Of a DNA stretch of 64,000 nucleotides, positions 46,373 through 57,085 are shown in pieces. The position numbers were made by a program, and so were the translations under genes. Origin of the DNA: an uncultured Candidatus Saccharibacteria bacterium (GTDB lineage: Bacteria > Patescibacteriota > Minisyncoccia > Phycocordibacterales > UBA5272). The DNA is taken from the NCBI GenBank assembly GCA_964635125.1, contig CAZWMQ010000001.1, positions 211,272 through 275,271 on the forward strand, in the 5' to 3' direction. The stretch's first letter is position 1; every line of letters begins with the position of its first letter. A model generated the notes under the pieces. The model searched no databases, was not told where the DNA came from, and saw only the letters and a program-made list of their open reading frames with translations.

Positions 46373-46507
46373 TTAGTTCTATTTTTTAGGTTTTTGAAAT
46401 TTTTTAGAACTTTTAATCTATCTATAATATACTCTATTTTTACATAAAAGTCAAGTATTATTTATTAGTTTAATTTATAAGTAATATTTGTTAAAATATA
46501 AATAATT

Positions 46508-48244
46508 ATGAATCCTAAAGATCAAGTTAAACAATCTCTCTCTATCTTAGATGTAATCTCTACTTATATTAAAGTTGAGAAAGCTGGCTCTCAATATAAA
46601 GCTCGTTGTCCATTTCATAATGAGAAAACTCCGAGCTTTTATATATCGATGGATCGTGGAACTTATCATTGCTTTGGTTGTGGAGAGCATGGGGATATAT
46701 TTTCTTTTGTAGAAAAAATGGAATCAGTACCATTTTATGAAGCTTTGACTATTTTAGCTGAGAGAGCTAATGTGAAGTTAACTCCCTTTAATAAAGAAAA
46801 AAAAGATAAAGAGGAGGATTTGATTAATTTACTTAGAGCCACTAATCAGCATTATATTGATAATCTTGAAAAGAGTGCCGAAGCCAAACTTTATCTTAGC
46901 GAGCGAGGATTAACCAAGGAGACAATTGAAAAGTTTAAGATTGGTTATAGTGTTGGTGGAACGGAAGGATTTCGAGATTTATTTATTAATTTATCTAAAG
47001 CTGGATTTGGCATTGAGAGTATGTTAAAGAGCGGGATGATAATTAAAAAAGACGGGGAAGATAAATATTTTGATAGATTTCGAGGAAGAATTATGTTCCC
47101 AGTTAAGAATACTTTTGGGAATATTGTTGGCTACTCAGCTAGAATTCTACCTAAATACGATGATGGAAAAGTTGGCAAATATATTAATTCACCAGAAACA
47201 GAAATATATCATAAGAGTAAGATATTATTTGGCTATGATTTAGCTAAGAATAGTATCGCCAAGAGCAAAGAAGTAATCTTAGTAGAAGGGCAAATGGACT
47301 TAATTATGTCTCATCAAGTTGGGATTACTAATGTTGTAGCTACTTCAGGAACTGCGGTAACCGAGGAACAGATACAAATCCTTAAAAGATTCGCTGATAA
47401 ATTATTACTGTCTTTTGATCAAGATTCAGCTGGAGAAACTGCCATGAAGAAATGTGCGATGTTAGCGATCAGCGGAGGATTAGATGTTTATGTAATTCCT
47501 AAGAAAAATGGAGTAAAAGATACTGCTGATCTAATCAAAGACTATGGCGGGGAAGAATGGCAGAAATTAATTGGTAGACGATTACCATTAATAGAATATT
47601 TAGTTAATAAAATTTTTGATGATATAAAGGATAATCGAGAAAGGAATAATGTTGTGAGGAAAGAAGTTTTGCCGTATTTAAGAATATTTCTTAGTGATAT
47701 GGAGAGAGCTTATTTTATAAATTACATAGCTAGTAAATTGAATATTAGTGAGGTAGATATTATAAATGATATTAAAAGAATTAAAGTAGAAAATATAGAA
47801 AAAGATCAAATTGAAGAATACAAGGAAAATTCATCTAAATTAATTCGTTTAGTTAAAAATATCTTAGCTATTTTAAAATGAAAAAATATAGAGACAAATA
47901 ATTTTAAACAAGATTATTATTCTGGAGCTCAGACAATAGACGAGAAAGAATTAGACTTAAACTATTTAAAAAGATTTGAAGAGACTGAATTAGAATTACC
48001 AGAAGAACTTATTGAAATTGAGATAGTGAAGATAGAAAAGGAGACTTCAACTAATTTACTTTACAAAGATCACCCTAATAAATTTATTAATGAAATGTTG
48101 TTAGATTTAGTTAAAGTTTTTAAATTAGAAATTATAAGAGAAGAGATTGATAATCTAAATAAGTTATCTGACAAGGGAGATGAGATTTTAAAGAAAATAA
48201 ATTCCTTACAACAAATAAAGCATAAGATTCAAAATCACTCTTAA
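46508..48244 (+). CDS. dnaG: DNA primase
   Basis: CHC2 zinc finger CPFHNEKTPSF...HCFGCGEHGD and Toprim EVILVEGQMD. TGA at 47879-47881 joins ORFs 46508 and 48026. Confidence 0.85.
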
Positions 48245-48368
48245 TATTTATATACTTGCTTTTTTTTAGAATATAATTTATACTATTAAAAATTTGACAA
48301 GAGCGTGTTTAGACTACCAGTTTTTTAAGTTTAAACTTTATTAAAATTAATTTTAAATATAAAATAAT

Positions 48369-49745
48369 ATGAAGAGAGCTTCAAAGAAAAAAATAAATAA
48401 AAAGTCTAATAAAAATAAAATAAAGAAAATAATTAGAAAAAGCTCAAAAAGTAAAACTAAGAAAAAGATTAGAAAAAATAAAAACAGCAAACTTATTAAG
48501 AAAAGTACTTTTGTTAATTTAAAATCTTTATCAACTAAAGAGAGAGAGATGGAAAAAGAAAGAAGAAAGATTAAGAATGCTAAAGATAAAAAAGAAAGAG
48601 AAAAAAGAATCGCTAAAAATAAAGAAGCTAGCGCTAAGAATAAGAAAAAGTTAAATAAATTTAAGAATAAAAGAGTTAAAACTTCAAATGAGAAATTAGA
48701 AAAAGAATTAGAAATAATTAAAAAAGGAAAAGAAAGAGGATTTATCACTTATGATGATATTATTAAAATTTTCCCAGATTTAGAAAAAGATGTTACATAT
48801 TTAGACGAGCTTTATGAGAAATTATCTGCCGCTGGAGTTGAGATTTTAGACGGAAGTAGTAATTTATTAAATATCGATGAAGATCTTAGTGATCTAGCTA
48901 GTAATGATATTAATCGAGATAGTATACAAATATATTTAAAAGAAATAGGGCAATATCCATTACTTACTTCTGAAGAAGAGGAGGAGTTAGCTAAGAGAAT
49001 TGAAATGGGTGATGAAGAAGCTAAGAATATTTTAATGAGAGCTAATTTAAGATTAGTAGTTTCTTATGCCAAAAAATACGCTAATAAAAGTCCTAACTTA
49101 ACTTTATTAGATTTGATCCAGGAAGGTAATCTAGGGCTTTATAAGGCAGTTGAAAAATATGACTTCAGTAAAGGATTTAAATTCTCAACTTATGCTTGTT
49201 GGTGGATTAGACAAGGAATTACTCGAGCTTTAGCTGATCAATCTAGAACTATTCGTATTCCAGTTCATATGGTAGAAACTATTGCGAAATACAAACAAGT
49301 TTTCCGAAGACTATCTCAAGACTTAGGCCGAGAACCATTAGCAGAAGAGATTGCTGATGAAATGGGTGTGGATGTAGAAAAAGTTCATGTGATTGAGAAC
49401 ATTGATCAAGAGACTTTATCGCTGGAAAAACCAACTGGAAATGATGACGATAAATCAACTTTAGGAGAATTTGTGCCAGACGATAAGATACTTTCACCCG
49501 ATCAAGCAGCAAGCAGACAGATTTTAGCTGATCAGATTAATGAGATTTTAATGGATTTATCAGAAAAAGAGAGAAAAATTGTTGAAATGAGAAATGGGCT
49601 AGGGATATATAATGGGGTAATGCATACCCTTGAAGAAGTTGGCGAGGAATTTCAGGTAACTCGAGAAAGAATAAGACAGATTGAAGCTAAAGTTCACGAG
49701 AAGATAAGAGAACATGAGAAAGCATATAGATTGAGAAATTTTTAA
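48369..49745 (+). CDS. rpoD: RNA polymerase sigma factor (sigma-70, primary) with a Lys-rich N-terminal extension
   Basis: Region 2 [18 protein letters not shown]...YACWWIRQ and region 4 [22 protein letters not shown]. Forms the dnaG-rpoD operon. Confidence 0.9.
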   Translation: MKRASKKKINKKSNKNKIKKIIRKSSKSKTKKKIRKNKNSKLIKKSTFVNLKSLSTKEREMEKERRKIKNAKDKKEREKRIAKNKEASAKNKKKLNKFKNKRVKTSNEKLEKELEIIKKGKERGFITYDDIIKIFPDLEKDVTYLDELYEKLSAAGVEILDGSSNLLNIDEDLSDLASNDINRDSIQIYLKEIGQYPLLTSEEEEELAKRIEMGDEEAKNILMRANLRLVVSYAKKYANKSPNLTLLDLIQEGNLGLYKAVEKYDFSKGFKFSTYACWWIRQGITRALADQSRTIRIPVHMVETIAKYKQVFRRLSQDLGREPLAEEIADEMGVDVEKVHVIENIDQETLSLEKPTGNDDDKSTLGEFVPDDKILSPDQAASRQILADQINEILMDLSEKERKIVEMRNGLGIYNGVMHTLEEVGEEFQVTRERIRQIEAKVHEKIREHEKAYRLRNF

Positions 49746-49764
49746 AATTTTTTAAAAAATAAAA

Positions 49765-49806
49765 TCAAAAAAAATGGAATTTATTAAATTCCATTTTTTT
49801 TATTTT
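49765..49806. terminator. bidirectional Rho-independent terminator
   Basis: AAATGGAATTTA-tt-AAATTCCATTT flanked by A and T runs. Confidence 0.7.
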
Positions 49807-49815
49807 ATCTATTTT

Positions 49816-50028
49816 TCATAGACTTTCATTATTATTCCCAGGTCCTTTAATAATCCAACGAAATAATAATATTAAAAGAATAACACAACAGAAAATAGTT
49901 CCAAAAAATACTATTTTTGCTGAGTTTAGATCGGTTGCCGGTATAGGCCCATTACCATATTTCAAATAAATTTTTGCAATTAGTACAGCAAAGACTACAA
50001 AAAAGACAATAATTATAACCTTTTTCAT
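49816..50028 (-). CDS. small membrane protein (hypothetical)
   Basis: 70 aa with two TM helices. Confidence 0.35.
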   Translation of the reverse strand: MKKVIIIVFFVVFAVLIAKIYLKYGNGPIPATDLNSAKIVFFGTIFCCVILLILLFRWIIKGPGNNNESL

Positions 50029-50137
50029 TGTTATTTTTTTAAATGAATAATTAAATAAATTACTTATTATATTATATCATAAATATATAGTTTAGTAAAG
50101 TCTATTAAAAAGCCTTATATTATAGTATTATTTTAAG

Positions 50138-51166
50138 ATGTTAATTGACCAAGTAAAGTTAAAAGTGAAAGCTGGTAATGGGGGAGACGGAGTAGTTAGA
50201 TTCCGAAGAGAGAAATTTATTCCGAAAGGTGGGCCATCTGGTGGAGATGGTGGGCGAGGTGGGGATGTCTATTTTCAGGTGGTAAATGATATCCAAGCCT
50301 TAGATCACTATCAAAATAAAAAAGATTGGAATGCAGAAAATGGTGAAAATGGACAAGCTAAAAATATGTTTGGGAAAAAAGCTAAAGATTTATATTTACC
50401 AATCCCAGTTGGGTCTATTGTCTATAACCAGACTTATGATATTAAAACTGAATATGATAAGGAAGGAGACTATTTAATCTTACGAGGTGGAAAAGGGGGC
50501 TTAGGAAATGAGAACTTTAAAACTTCTACTAATCAAGCTCCGAGGATTGCAACTTCTGGCGAGCGAGGAGAAGATGCGGTATTTGAAATACAATTAAAAA
50601 TGATCGCCGATATTGGTTTAATTGGGTTACCGAATGCTGGTAAAAGTTCTCTATTAAATACTTTAACTAATTCTCAAGCCAAAATTGGTAATTATGCTTT
50701 CACCACCCTGGAACCTAATCTTGGAGTTTATTATAAATTTGTGATTGCCGATATTCCAGGACTAATTGAAGGGGCAAGTACTGGTAAGGGCTTGGGAGAT
50801 AAATTTTTAAAGCATATTTCTAAAACTAAAATACTTTTTCATTTAGTTTCTGCTGAGAATGAAGATGTTGTCAAGGCTTATAAGATTATACGAGACGAAT
50901 TGAAAGACTATGATAAATTGAATCTTGAAAATAATTTATTAACTACCAAGGGAGATGAATTAGCTAAGAAAAGAGAAATTATTATTCTTACCAAGATTGA
51001 TGAAGTTAATGATAAGAAAGAATTAACTAAGAAAGTGACCGAATTAGCTAAAGTTTCTAAACATAAAAAAGATGATATTTTATTATTAACTTTATATGAT
51101 GATAAAGTTTTAACTGAATTTAAAAAGAAAATATCTCAGATTTTAAATATTAATAAAACAAATTAA
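50138..51166 (+). CDS. obg: GTPase Obg/CgtA
   Basis: Obg fold GNGGDGVVRFRREKFIPKGGPSGGDGGRGGDV, and the G domain GLPNAGKSSL. Confidence 0.9.
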   Translation: MLIDQVKLKVKAGNGGDGVVRFRREKFIPKGGPSGGDGGRGGDVYFQVVNDIQALDHYQNKKDWNAENGENGQAKNMFGKKAKDLYLPIPVGSIVYNQTYDIKTEYDKEGDYLILRGGKGGLGNENFKTSTNQAPRIATSGERGEDAVFEIQLKMIADIGLIGLPNAGKSSLLNTLTNSQAKIGNYAFTTLEPNLGVYYKFVIADIPGLIEGASTGKGLGDKFLKHISKTKILFHLVSAENEDVVKAYKIIRDELKDYDKLNLENNLLTTKGDELAKKREIIILTKIDEVNDKKELTKKVTELAKVSKHKKDDILLLTLYDDKVLTEFKKKISQILNINKTN

Positions 51167-51169
51167 TTA

Positions 51170-51638
51170 TTAATTTTATATTTTTAGATAAATCTTTAAA
51201 CTCAACTTCTATGTATTCTAAAGGAATTATTTCTTTTTCAGATCTATATTCTAGACCATTTCTTTTTTCAAAATCTTTCTTATCTAAAATATAAACGAAC
51301 CCTTTTTTATTTTTACTGGCCTGAAAAAGATTCTTATCACTATTAAAAGATATTTTTTTATTTCTAATACTAAAACTAGAAGTCGAACTTTCTTTTTATG
51401 AGAGATTATTTTTATGAATTAAAGATCTAAATATAGCAACTTCTGCAAAAGGTGTCGCGCACACAGCTGGTAAACCATCCTTTTCTCCATTATGATTAGC
51501 TTGTCTCGGTTCTAATTTATTTATTATAGTTTGAGAACCATGAAATAAAAATTTATTTTATTTTTCTAGAGATAGAAGTTTTTTCTTATTTTCGTTTATT
51601 TTTTCTATTTTATTTAATTTCTCCATAATATTAATATT
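51170..51638 (-). pseudogene. degenerate ORF / gene remnant (unidentified)
   Basis: The minus strand reads about 155 codons in a single frame (MEKLNKIEK...NKFLFHGSQTIINKLEPRQANHNGEKDGLPAVCATPFAEVAIF...KGFVYILDKKDFEKRNGLEYRSEKEI...), interrupted by exactly two in-frame TAA codons. Confidence 0.3.
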
Positions 51639-53147
51639 TTATTTCATTTTTTCTTTAATAATTTCCGTAAATAACTGTGGATTTCCAGATCCACGAGATT
51701 CTTTCATAGCTTGACCAACGAAGAACATGACTAATTTCTCATTCCCAGCTAATAGATCAACTCAAGGTTTTGGATTAGCGATAATTACTTTCTCTATTAT
51801 TTTAGACAATTCTTCAGTATCGTTTTTCTGAATTAATCCTTTCATCTCAGCAATTTCGCGAGCAGTCATATCATTATCAGTCATTTCAAGCATAGAGTCA
51901 TATGACAATTCACTCATCATATAATTAATTAAATCTTTCGCTCCACGGCTCGACAATTCATTATTATCTAACATCTCCATTATTTCTCGAAAATCTTCTT
52001 TATCAATAAAGTGGACTAAGTTCTCATCATTAGCACCTTGAACAATACTCAAAACATCACTACAGATATAATTAGTGGCTAAATTTAATAATTTATTTTG
52101 CTTTTTTAATTCATAATCATGACTTCCAACTTCTTTTTTAATCTCAGTAAAATAATTTAAAAGTTTAAAATTATTTAATAATATTTCTACATATTCATCT
52201 TTAATATTAATTTCTTTGAAATCTTCTCGGATTAATTCTAAACTAATCGGTAAATTATTTCTAATCTCTTCTAAATCATAAATACTATGTAAATATAGCT
52301 TTGGAAGATCTGGATCAGGGAAATATTTATAATCTTCTGAAGATTCTTTTTTTCTTTGGCTAACTGTGATTCTTTTATTTTCTTCAAATCCACGAGTCTC
52401 TTGAATTATTTCCTCACCTTTGCCAGCTTCTAGTAATTCAATATGTCTCTTAGTCTCATAACGAACAGAGTCTTCCACGGACTTAAAGGAATTAATATTT
52501 TTAACTTCAACCTTAGTGCCATATTTATTTTTATCTTTAGAAACTGAGAGATTAACTTCGATTCGCATTTGACCTTTACTCATTTCAGCTTCACTAGCAT
52601 CTAGCATTCTTAGAATTAACTGAAGTTCTCTAGCAAAATTACTACAAGCTTTCGCGGCGACTTCGACATCATTGAAAGTCTCTGTTTCGGTAACTAATTC
52701 CATTAATGGAACTCCAGAGCGATTGAAATCTATTAAAGTATCACTTGCTTTGTCATGAGTGGATTTGGCGGTGTCTTCTTCTAAATGTATACGAGTTAGA
52801 GGTCAATTGTGAATTCTTCCACCGGAAACAATTGGATATTTATATTGAGTTAATTGATAAGCCTTTGGCATATCTGGGTAGAAATAATGCTTTCGATCCC
52901 ACTCGGTAAAGTTCGCAATATTAGAGTTAATATAAAGTCCGATCTGTATCATTTTCTTGATGGCTTCAGAGTTTAAGGTTGGTAATGATCCAGGTTGAGC
53001 GGTACAGATTGGGCAAATATTTTTGTTAGGAGTTTCTTCTAAGGGGACATTAGAGCAGGAGCAGAACATCTTGCTATTAGTTTTAAGTTCAGCATGAATC
53101 TCTAACCCGATCATTATAAAGTAGTCATTATTTGTAGTAGTTTCCAT
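51639..53147 (-). CDS. gatB: Asp/Glu-tRNA amidotransferase subunit B
   Basis: IGLEIHAELKT, FYPDMPKAYQ and TRIHLEEDTAK, with a C-terminal GatB/YqeY domain. Two TGA-Trp codons join ORFs 52803-53147 and 51762-52703 and extend to TAA at 51639. Confidence 0.85.
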
Positions 53148-53151
53148 ATTA

Positions 53152-54081
53152 TTATTTTTTGATTATAGCATTTTTATATCTCTTATTCCAAGTGATTTGT
53201 CGCTTGGCATATTGATAAGATTTATTAATAATTTCTTTTTTCATTTCTTCATAAGTGATTTTATTTTCTAAATATAAAGTGGCATATTTATATTCTAAGC
53301 CAAGCGAGATTAATCAAGTAATTGGTATTTTTAAAGTATTGATTAGATATTTGACTTCATTAATTAAATTATTTTTACCTTTAGCTAATAATCTTTTTTC
53401 TAACCTTCTAGTAATTCTCTCTCTTAATTCTTCTTTATCTCTATCAATAAAAATAAACTCAGTATCATATTTCGGAACTTGATTTAACTTTTTAATTTCA
53501 ATATTTTCTCCAAGAGTTTTTTTATTTTCTAAGATTTCAATAATTCTAATTAATCTTCTTTTATTATTCCTTTCACTAGAGTTAGGATTATTAATTAATT
53601 CTTTATATTTATCTTTATTTAATTTTTGGATTCTTGAAAGTAATTTTTCTATATTTTCTTTTTCAAGATCTTTACGAAGTAGAGAATTAACTTTAGCATT
53701 TTTAGGTAATCCATAAAGAATAGCATCAATATATAGCCCAGTTCCACCGCAAAGGATTGGAATCTTATTTTTCTTTCGAATTTCTTTGACAGCAGAATTA
53801 GCAAATTTTAAATATTTAGTAACTGGAAAGTTTTGATTAGTTTTAAGATAATTTTTACTTACTTTAATTGGATCAATAATGTTTAAAGCATAGTGCCGAA
53901 CACCTTTCATTTCTTTTTTAGTAATTTTTCCAGATCCAATGTCAAGATATTTATAAATTTGTCTTGAATCTGTGGAGATAATTTCCCCATTTATCTTTTT
54001 AGCTAATTTAACTGCATAGTCGGATTTACCACTAGCCGTCGGACCAAGCACAATATAGAGTTTAGGTTTATTTTTATACAT
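53152..54081 (-). CDS. miaA: tRNA dimethylallyltransferase
   Basis: P-loop GPTASGKS, then YAKRQITWNKR after the TGA-Trp at 53314-53316. Confidence 0.85.
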
Positions 54082-54197
54082 AGTTATTTATAATAATATT
54101 ACAAATTAAAGCTTTTTTAAACACTTGACATATATATATATATATTATACTTATATAAGTTCTTTAAAAATATTTTTCACTTAAAAAATCATTAATT

Positions 54198-54395
54198 ATG
54201 GAAAGTAAAAATTTAAATCCAGAAAATAGCGACAATATTTTGGAAAAAAAGTTTGAATATGATATTTGGGGTCAAAGATCAGATGATCCCAATTATATGT
54301 GTGAACCTCAGCAGGTATTCGAAGAGGATTACGCTACGAAACATTTCAAATTATTTGTACCTTATGTGCTTTTAAACAAAGAAAATAAAAAGTAG
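54198..54395 (+). CDS. hypothetical small protein
   Basis: 65-aa ORF followed by a terminator. Confidence 0.3.
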   Translation: MESKNLNPENSDNILEKKFEYDIWGQRSDDPNYMCEPQQVFEEDYATKHFKLFVPYVLLNKENKK

Positions 54396-54416
54396 ATTGA
54401 TTATATTTGTTTTCTA

Positions 54417-54448
54417 ACCCTTGTAAAATTATAAGGGTTTTTTATTTT
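54417..54448. terminator. bidirectional Rho-independent terminator
   Basis: AACCCTT-gtaaaattat-AAGGGTT followed by TTTTATTTT. Confidence 0.65.
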
Positions 54449-55269
54449 ATATTTTTATCTAATATTAATCTTTTAAGTCCGTCCACATTATCATTATAGA
54501 TTTGTATACTTTTACCAAGTATGGCTGGCTTTTTTTCTATTAAATAATCATAAATAGCTAAGTCGCGAGCGAGCAATTCTCTTAAGAAAACTTTACTATT
54601 TATAAAAATATTCTGATAATAATTAGTATATGGGTAAGGTGCATTATAAGCGATAGCTTGAATGCCATTTTTACGAGCAATAAAGATCGCTCTTTCATTG
54701 TGAAACTTTTGAGAGATGATAGTGATTTTACTTTGATTAAAGACTTCATTACTTCTTAATACTGAGTCGAGAGTTCTTCGCCCACCATAATCAGAGACAA
54801 TCAGATCGTCATTTACTCCAATATTTAGTAAATAATTTCGCATGTATTTAGGTTCATTATAATGAACAGTTTCATTATCACCAGAGACTATAATATAAGT
54901 GATTTTCTGATCTTGAATTAGGTCTTTAGCTGTATTTAGGCGAGTTATAAAGAACCTACTAGTTTGGCCGGAACTTGTGAAAGGAGAAGTTCCTAGAACT
55001 AAACCAACTCTATTGGTTGGAAGACTATAAATATCATTATAAATATAAGGTTTAGCAAAGTTTGAAATGTAGAAATATATAATAGTTGAAATAATTAAGA
55101 ATAAGACTATTAGAAGTAATATATATAGTAAAATATCTTTTAATATTTTAAAAAAATTACTTTTCCAAGACTTTTTATTTTCCAAAAAAGTTAATTTCAT
55201 ATTTATAATCATAGCAATTTTTGGAAGATTTGTCAGTTCAAGTAGCAGGTTGCAAGTAACAAGCTTCAA
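54442..55269 (-). CDS. sanA: SanA/YdcF (DUF218) family membrane protein
   Basis: TM helix, then VGLVLGTS...IIVSGD...YNEPKYM...GVND..I..DY.GRRT.DS. The start is uncertain (possibly an internal Met). Confidence 0.65.
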   Translation of the reverse strand: MKLVTCNLLLELTNLPKIAMIINMKLTFLENKKSWKSNFFKILKDILLYILLLIVLFLIISTIIYFYISNFAKPYIYNDIYSLPTNRVGLVLGTSPFTSSGQTSRFFITRLNTAKDLIQDQKITYIIVSGDNETVHYNEPKYMRNYLLNIGVNDDLIVSDYGGRRTLDSVLRSNEVFNQSKITIISQKFHNERAIFIARKNGIQAIAYNAPYPYTNYYQNIFINSKVFLRELLARDLAIYDYLIEKKPAILGKSIQIYNDNVDGLKRLILDKNIK

Positions 55270-55502
55270 GAATCAGATTGTATTTTCTTGTAGCCTGAAG
55301 CTTGAATTTTATAACTTGTTCTAGGACTCGATCACTAAATATATTCACTCGCAAGCTCGTTCATTATTTCGCGACCCCGTCTAAATTGTCTCAGTTTTTT
55401 ATTTCTTTAAAATTAAAAACTGGCTTTGCAGACAATTTAGTTCGAGTCCTACTTTCTAGCCAAAAATATATTCTAATCTCTTTCAGAGTTTCTCATTATT
55501 TT

Positions 55503-55530
55503 TGTGCCGAAGGTGGGACTCGGTCACAAG
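55503..55530 (-). repeat. partial copy (about 30 nt) of the tRNA-Leu 3' half plus 3' flank
   Basis: tgtgccgaaggtgggactcg (20/20 identical to 55684-55703), then gtcacaag versus aacccacaag. Homology extends roughly 10 nt beyond the tRNA 3' end. Confidence 0.6.
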
Positions 55531-55685
55531 TATTTTTCCTGACGGAAAAATCTCGCAACCCCAGCTCGGTATTTTTGCCTTTCGCTTCACTCAAACAAAA
55601 ATATACCTGCGCCTTTCTCGTCCCAACCAAAGCCAAGCAGTTGGCTTTGTTCTTCAACCCAAATTTTTCGTAAACTCAAAATCTG

Positions 55686-55764
55686 TGCCGAAGGTGGGAC
55701 TCGAACCCACAAGCTTTCGCATGCGATTTTGAGTCGCACGTGTATACCATTCCACCACTTCGGC
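55686..55764 (-). tRNA. tRNA-Leu (anticodon CAA)
   Basis: Minus-strand cloverleaf: acceptor GCCGAAG/CTTCGGC, anticodon stem TGCGA/TCGCA with loop CTCAAAA, an extra arm, and T-arm GTGGGTTCGAGTCCCAC. CCA is not encoded. Confidence 0.75.
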
Positions 55765-55849
55765 AATTTATTCACATATTTTAGCATAAGTGATGAAATT
55801 TTTCATGCTATACTAAAAGTATAAATATAAGTTATTAGAAATTAATTTT

Positions 55850-57073
55850 ATGGCAGAATTACAAAATGCAGTCTATTGGATTGAAGTTGATAAGATATCT
55901 CCTAACCCATATCAACCACGACGAGAATTTGACAAGAAAAATCTTCAAGATTTAGCAGATAGTATTAAACAATATGGAGTTCTGCAACCATTAGTGGTAA
56001 CTCGTCATGAAGATTCACATGACGATGGATCAATTTCAGTCAATTATGAATTAATTGCTGGAGAGCGAAGATTGCGAGCTTCTAAATTAGCCGGTATAAA
56101 AGAAGTGCCTTGTGTAGTTAGAGTTGGAGATGATAATCGGACTAAGCTTGAATTAGCAATTATTGAGAACTTGCAAAGAGAAGATTTGAATGCTGTTGAT
56201 CGAGCTAAATCCTTTCAACAATTAGCAGACGAATTTAAATTATCTTGGGCTCAGATTGGAAAGAAAGTTGGTAAAAGTCGTGAATATGTTTCAAACACGG
56301 TGCGAATTTTAATGTTACCGCAGGAAATACTTGATGCTTTGATTGCTGGAAAGATCTCCGAAGGCCATACTAGACCATTATTAATGTTAGTTGATAGACC
56401 AGCTGAACAGATAACTTTATTTAAAGAAATGTTAATGCGAAAGATGACCGTTCGTGAAGCTGAGCGATTAGCTAGGAGAGTGGCATATGATAAGGTTCGT
56501 AAAAAGAGTTTAATGAGTAATCCAGAAGTTATTGATCTTGAAGAAAGATTAGCTGAAAGTCTTGGAACTAGAGTTCATATTGAGCCAAAAGATAAAGGTG
56601 GAAAGATTATGATTGATTATTTCTCTCATGATGAGCTATTAAATTTGACTCAATTAATTAAAAAGATTGGTAAAGAGAAAACCCATGAAGGAATGTTTGA
56701 TAAAATTAGAAAAGAAATGGACATAAGCCCCAATTCACCAATCGCTGAGGCGATAATTGAGCATGAAAATGAAGTAAAGAATAACATTCAAACTTTACCA
56801 GATATTATCGATCCCGAGGAGCATATCGGAGAAGTAATAATTGAGCCAATTAGAGATTTGAAGTTTAACAATCCCGAAGATCATGTAGGGGAGTTGCTAG
56901 TTAATAGAAGAAGTAAAGAGTCAGAGACGGATAGTTATGCTAATTTAGAAATAGCCGATAATAAAGATAAATTAGAAGAAAATAAGTTAGAAGATGATAG
57001 AAGTAAAGAAGAAGTAAATGCTTATGAGAATAGAGAAGACGATCTTTATGATTTAAAAAATTTTAGTTTGTAA
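55850..57073 (+). CDS. parB: ParB/Spo0J family partition protein with a long acidic C-terminal extension
   Basis: ParB box GERRLRAS and HTH. No adjacent parA. Confidence 0.8.
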   Translation: MAELQNAVYWIEVDKISPNPYQPRREFDKKNLQDLADSIKQYGVLQPLVVTRHEDSHDDGSISVNYELIAGERRLRASKLAGIKEVPCVVRVGDDNRTKLELAIIENLQREDLNAVDRAKSFQQLADEFKLSWAQIGKKVGKSREYVSNTVRILMLPQEILDALIAGKISEGHTRPLLMLVDRPAEQITLFKEMLMRKMTVREAERLARRVAYDKVRKKSLMSNPEVIDLEERLAESLGTRVHIEPKDKGGKIMIDYFSHDELLNLTQLIKKIGKEKTHEGMFDKIRKEMDISPNSPIAEAIIEHENEVKNNIQTLPDIIDPEEHIGEVIIEPIRDLKFNNPEDHVGELLVNRRSKESETDSYANLEIADNKDKLEENKLEDDRSKEEVNAYENREDDLYDLKNFSL

Positions 57074-57085
57074 TTAGTTTTATAA

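Noticed and set aside
48369-48750. Highly repetitive K/R/E-rich stretch that looks like a tandem repeat or low-complexity element
   Set aside because: It is in frame with, and continuous into, the conserved sigma-70 regions 2-4. I read it as a lysine-rich N-terminal extension of rpoD, not a separate repeat element.
51440-51480. Possible SRP (4.5S) RNA: the minus strand contains GGUUUACCAG, reminiscent of the SRP RNA domain IV 5' strand
   Set aside because: The downstream GGAAG...AGCAGC half of the conserved motif and a closing helix are not present. It could also be chance. Left as an Infernal check inside the obg-gatB finding.
55503-55764. attL/attR pair of an integrated genomic island at tRNA-Leu
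   Set aside because: The repeats are only about 165 bp apart, there is no integrase or cargo, and the homology extends beyond the tRNA 3' end. A scar or tandem-duplication remnant is more likely. Kept as a finding with both explanations.
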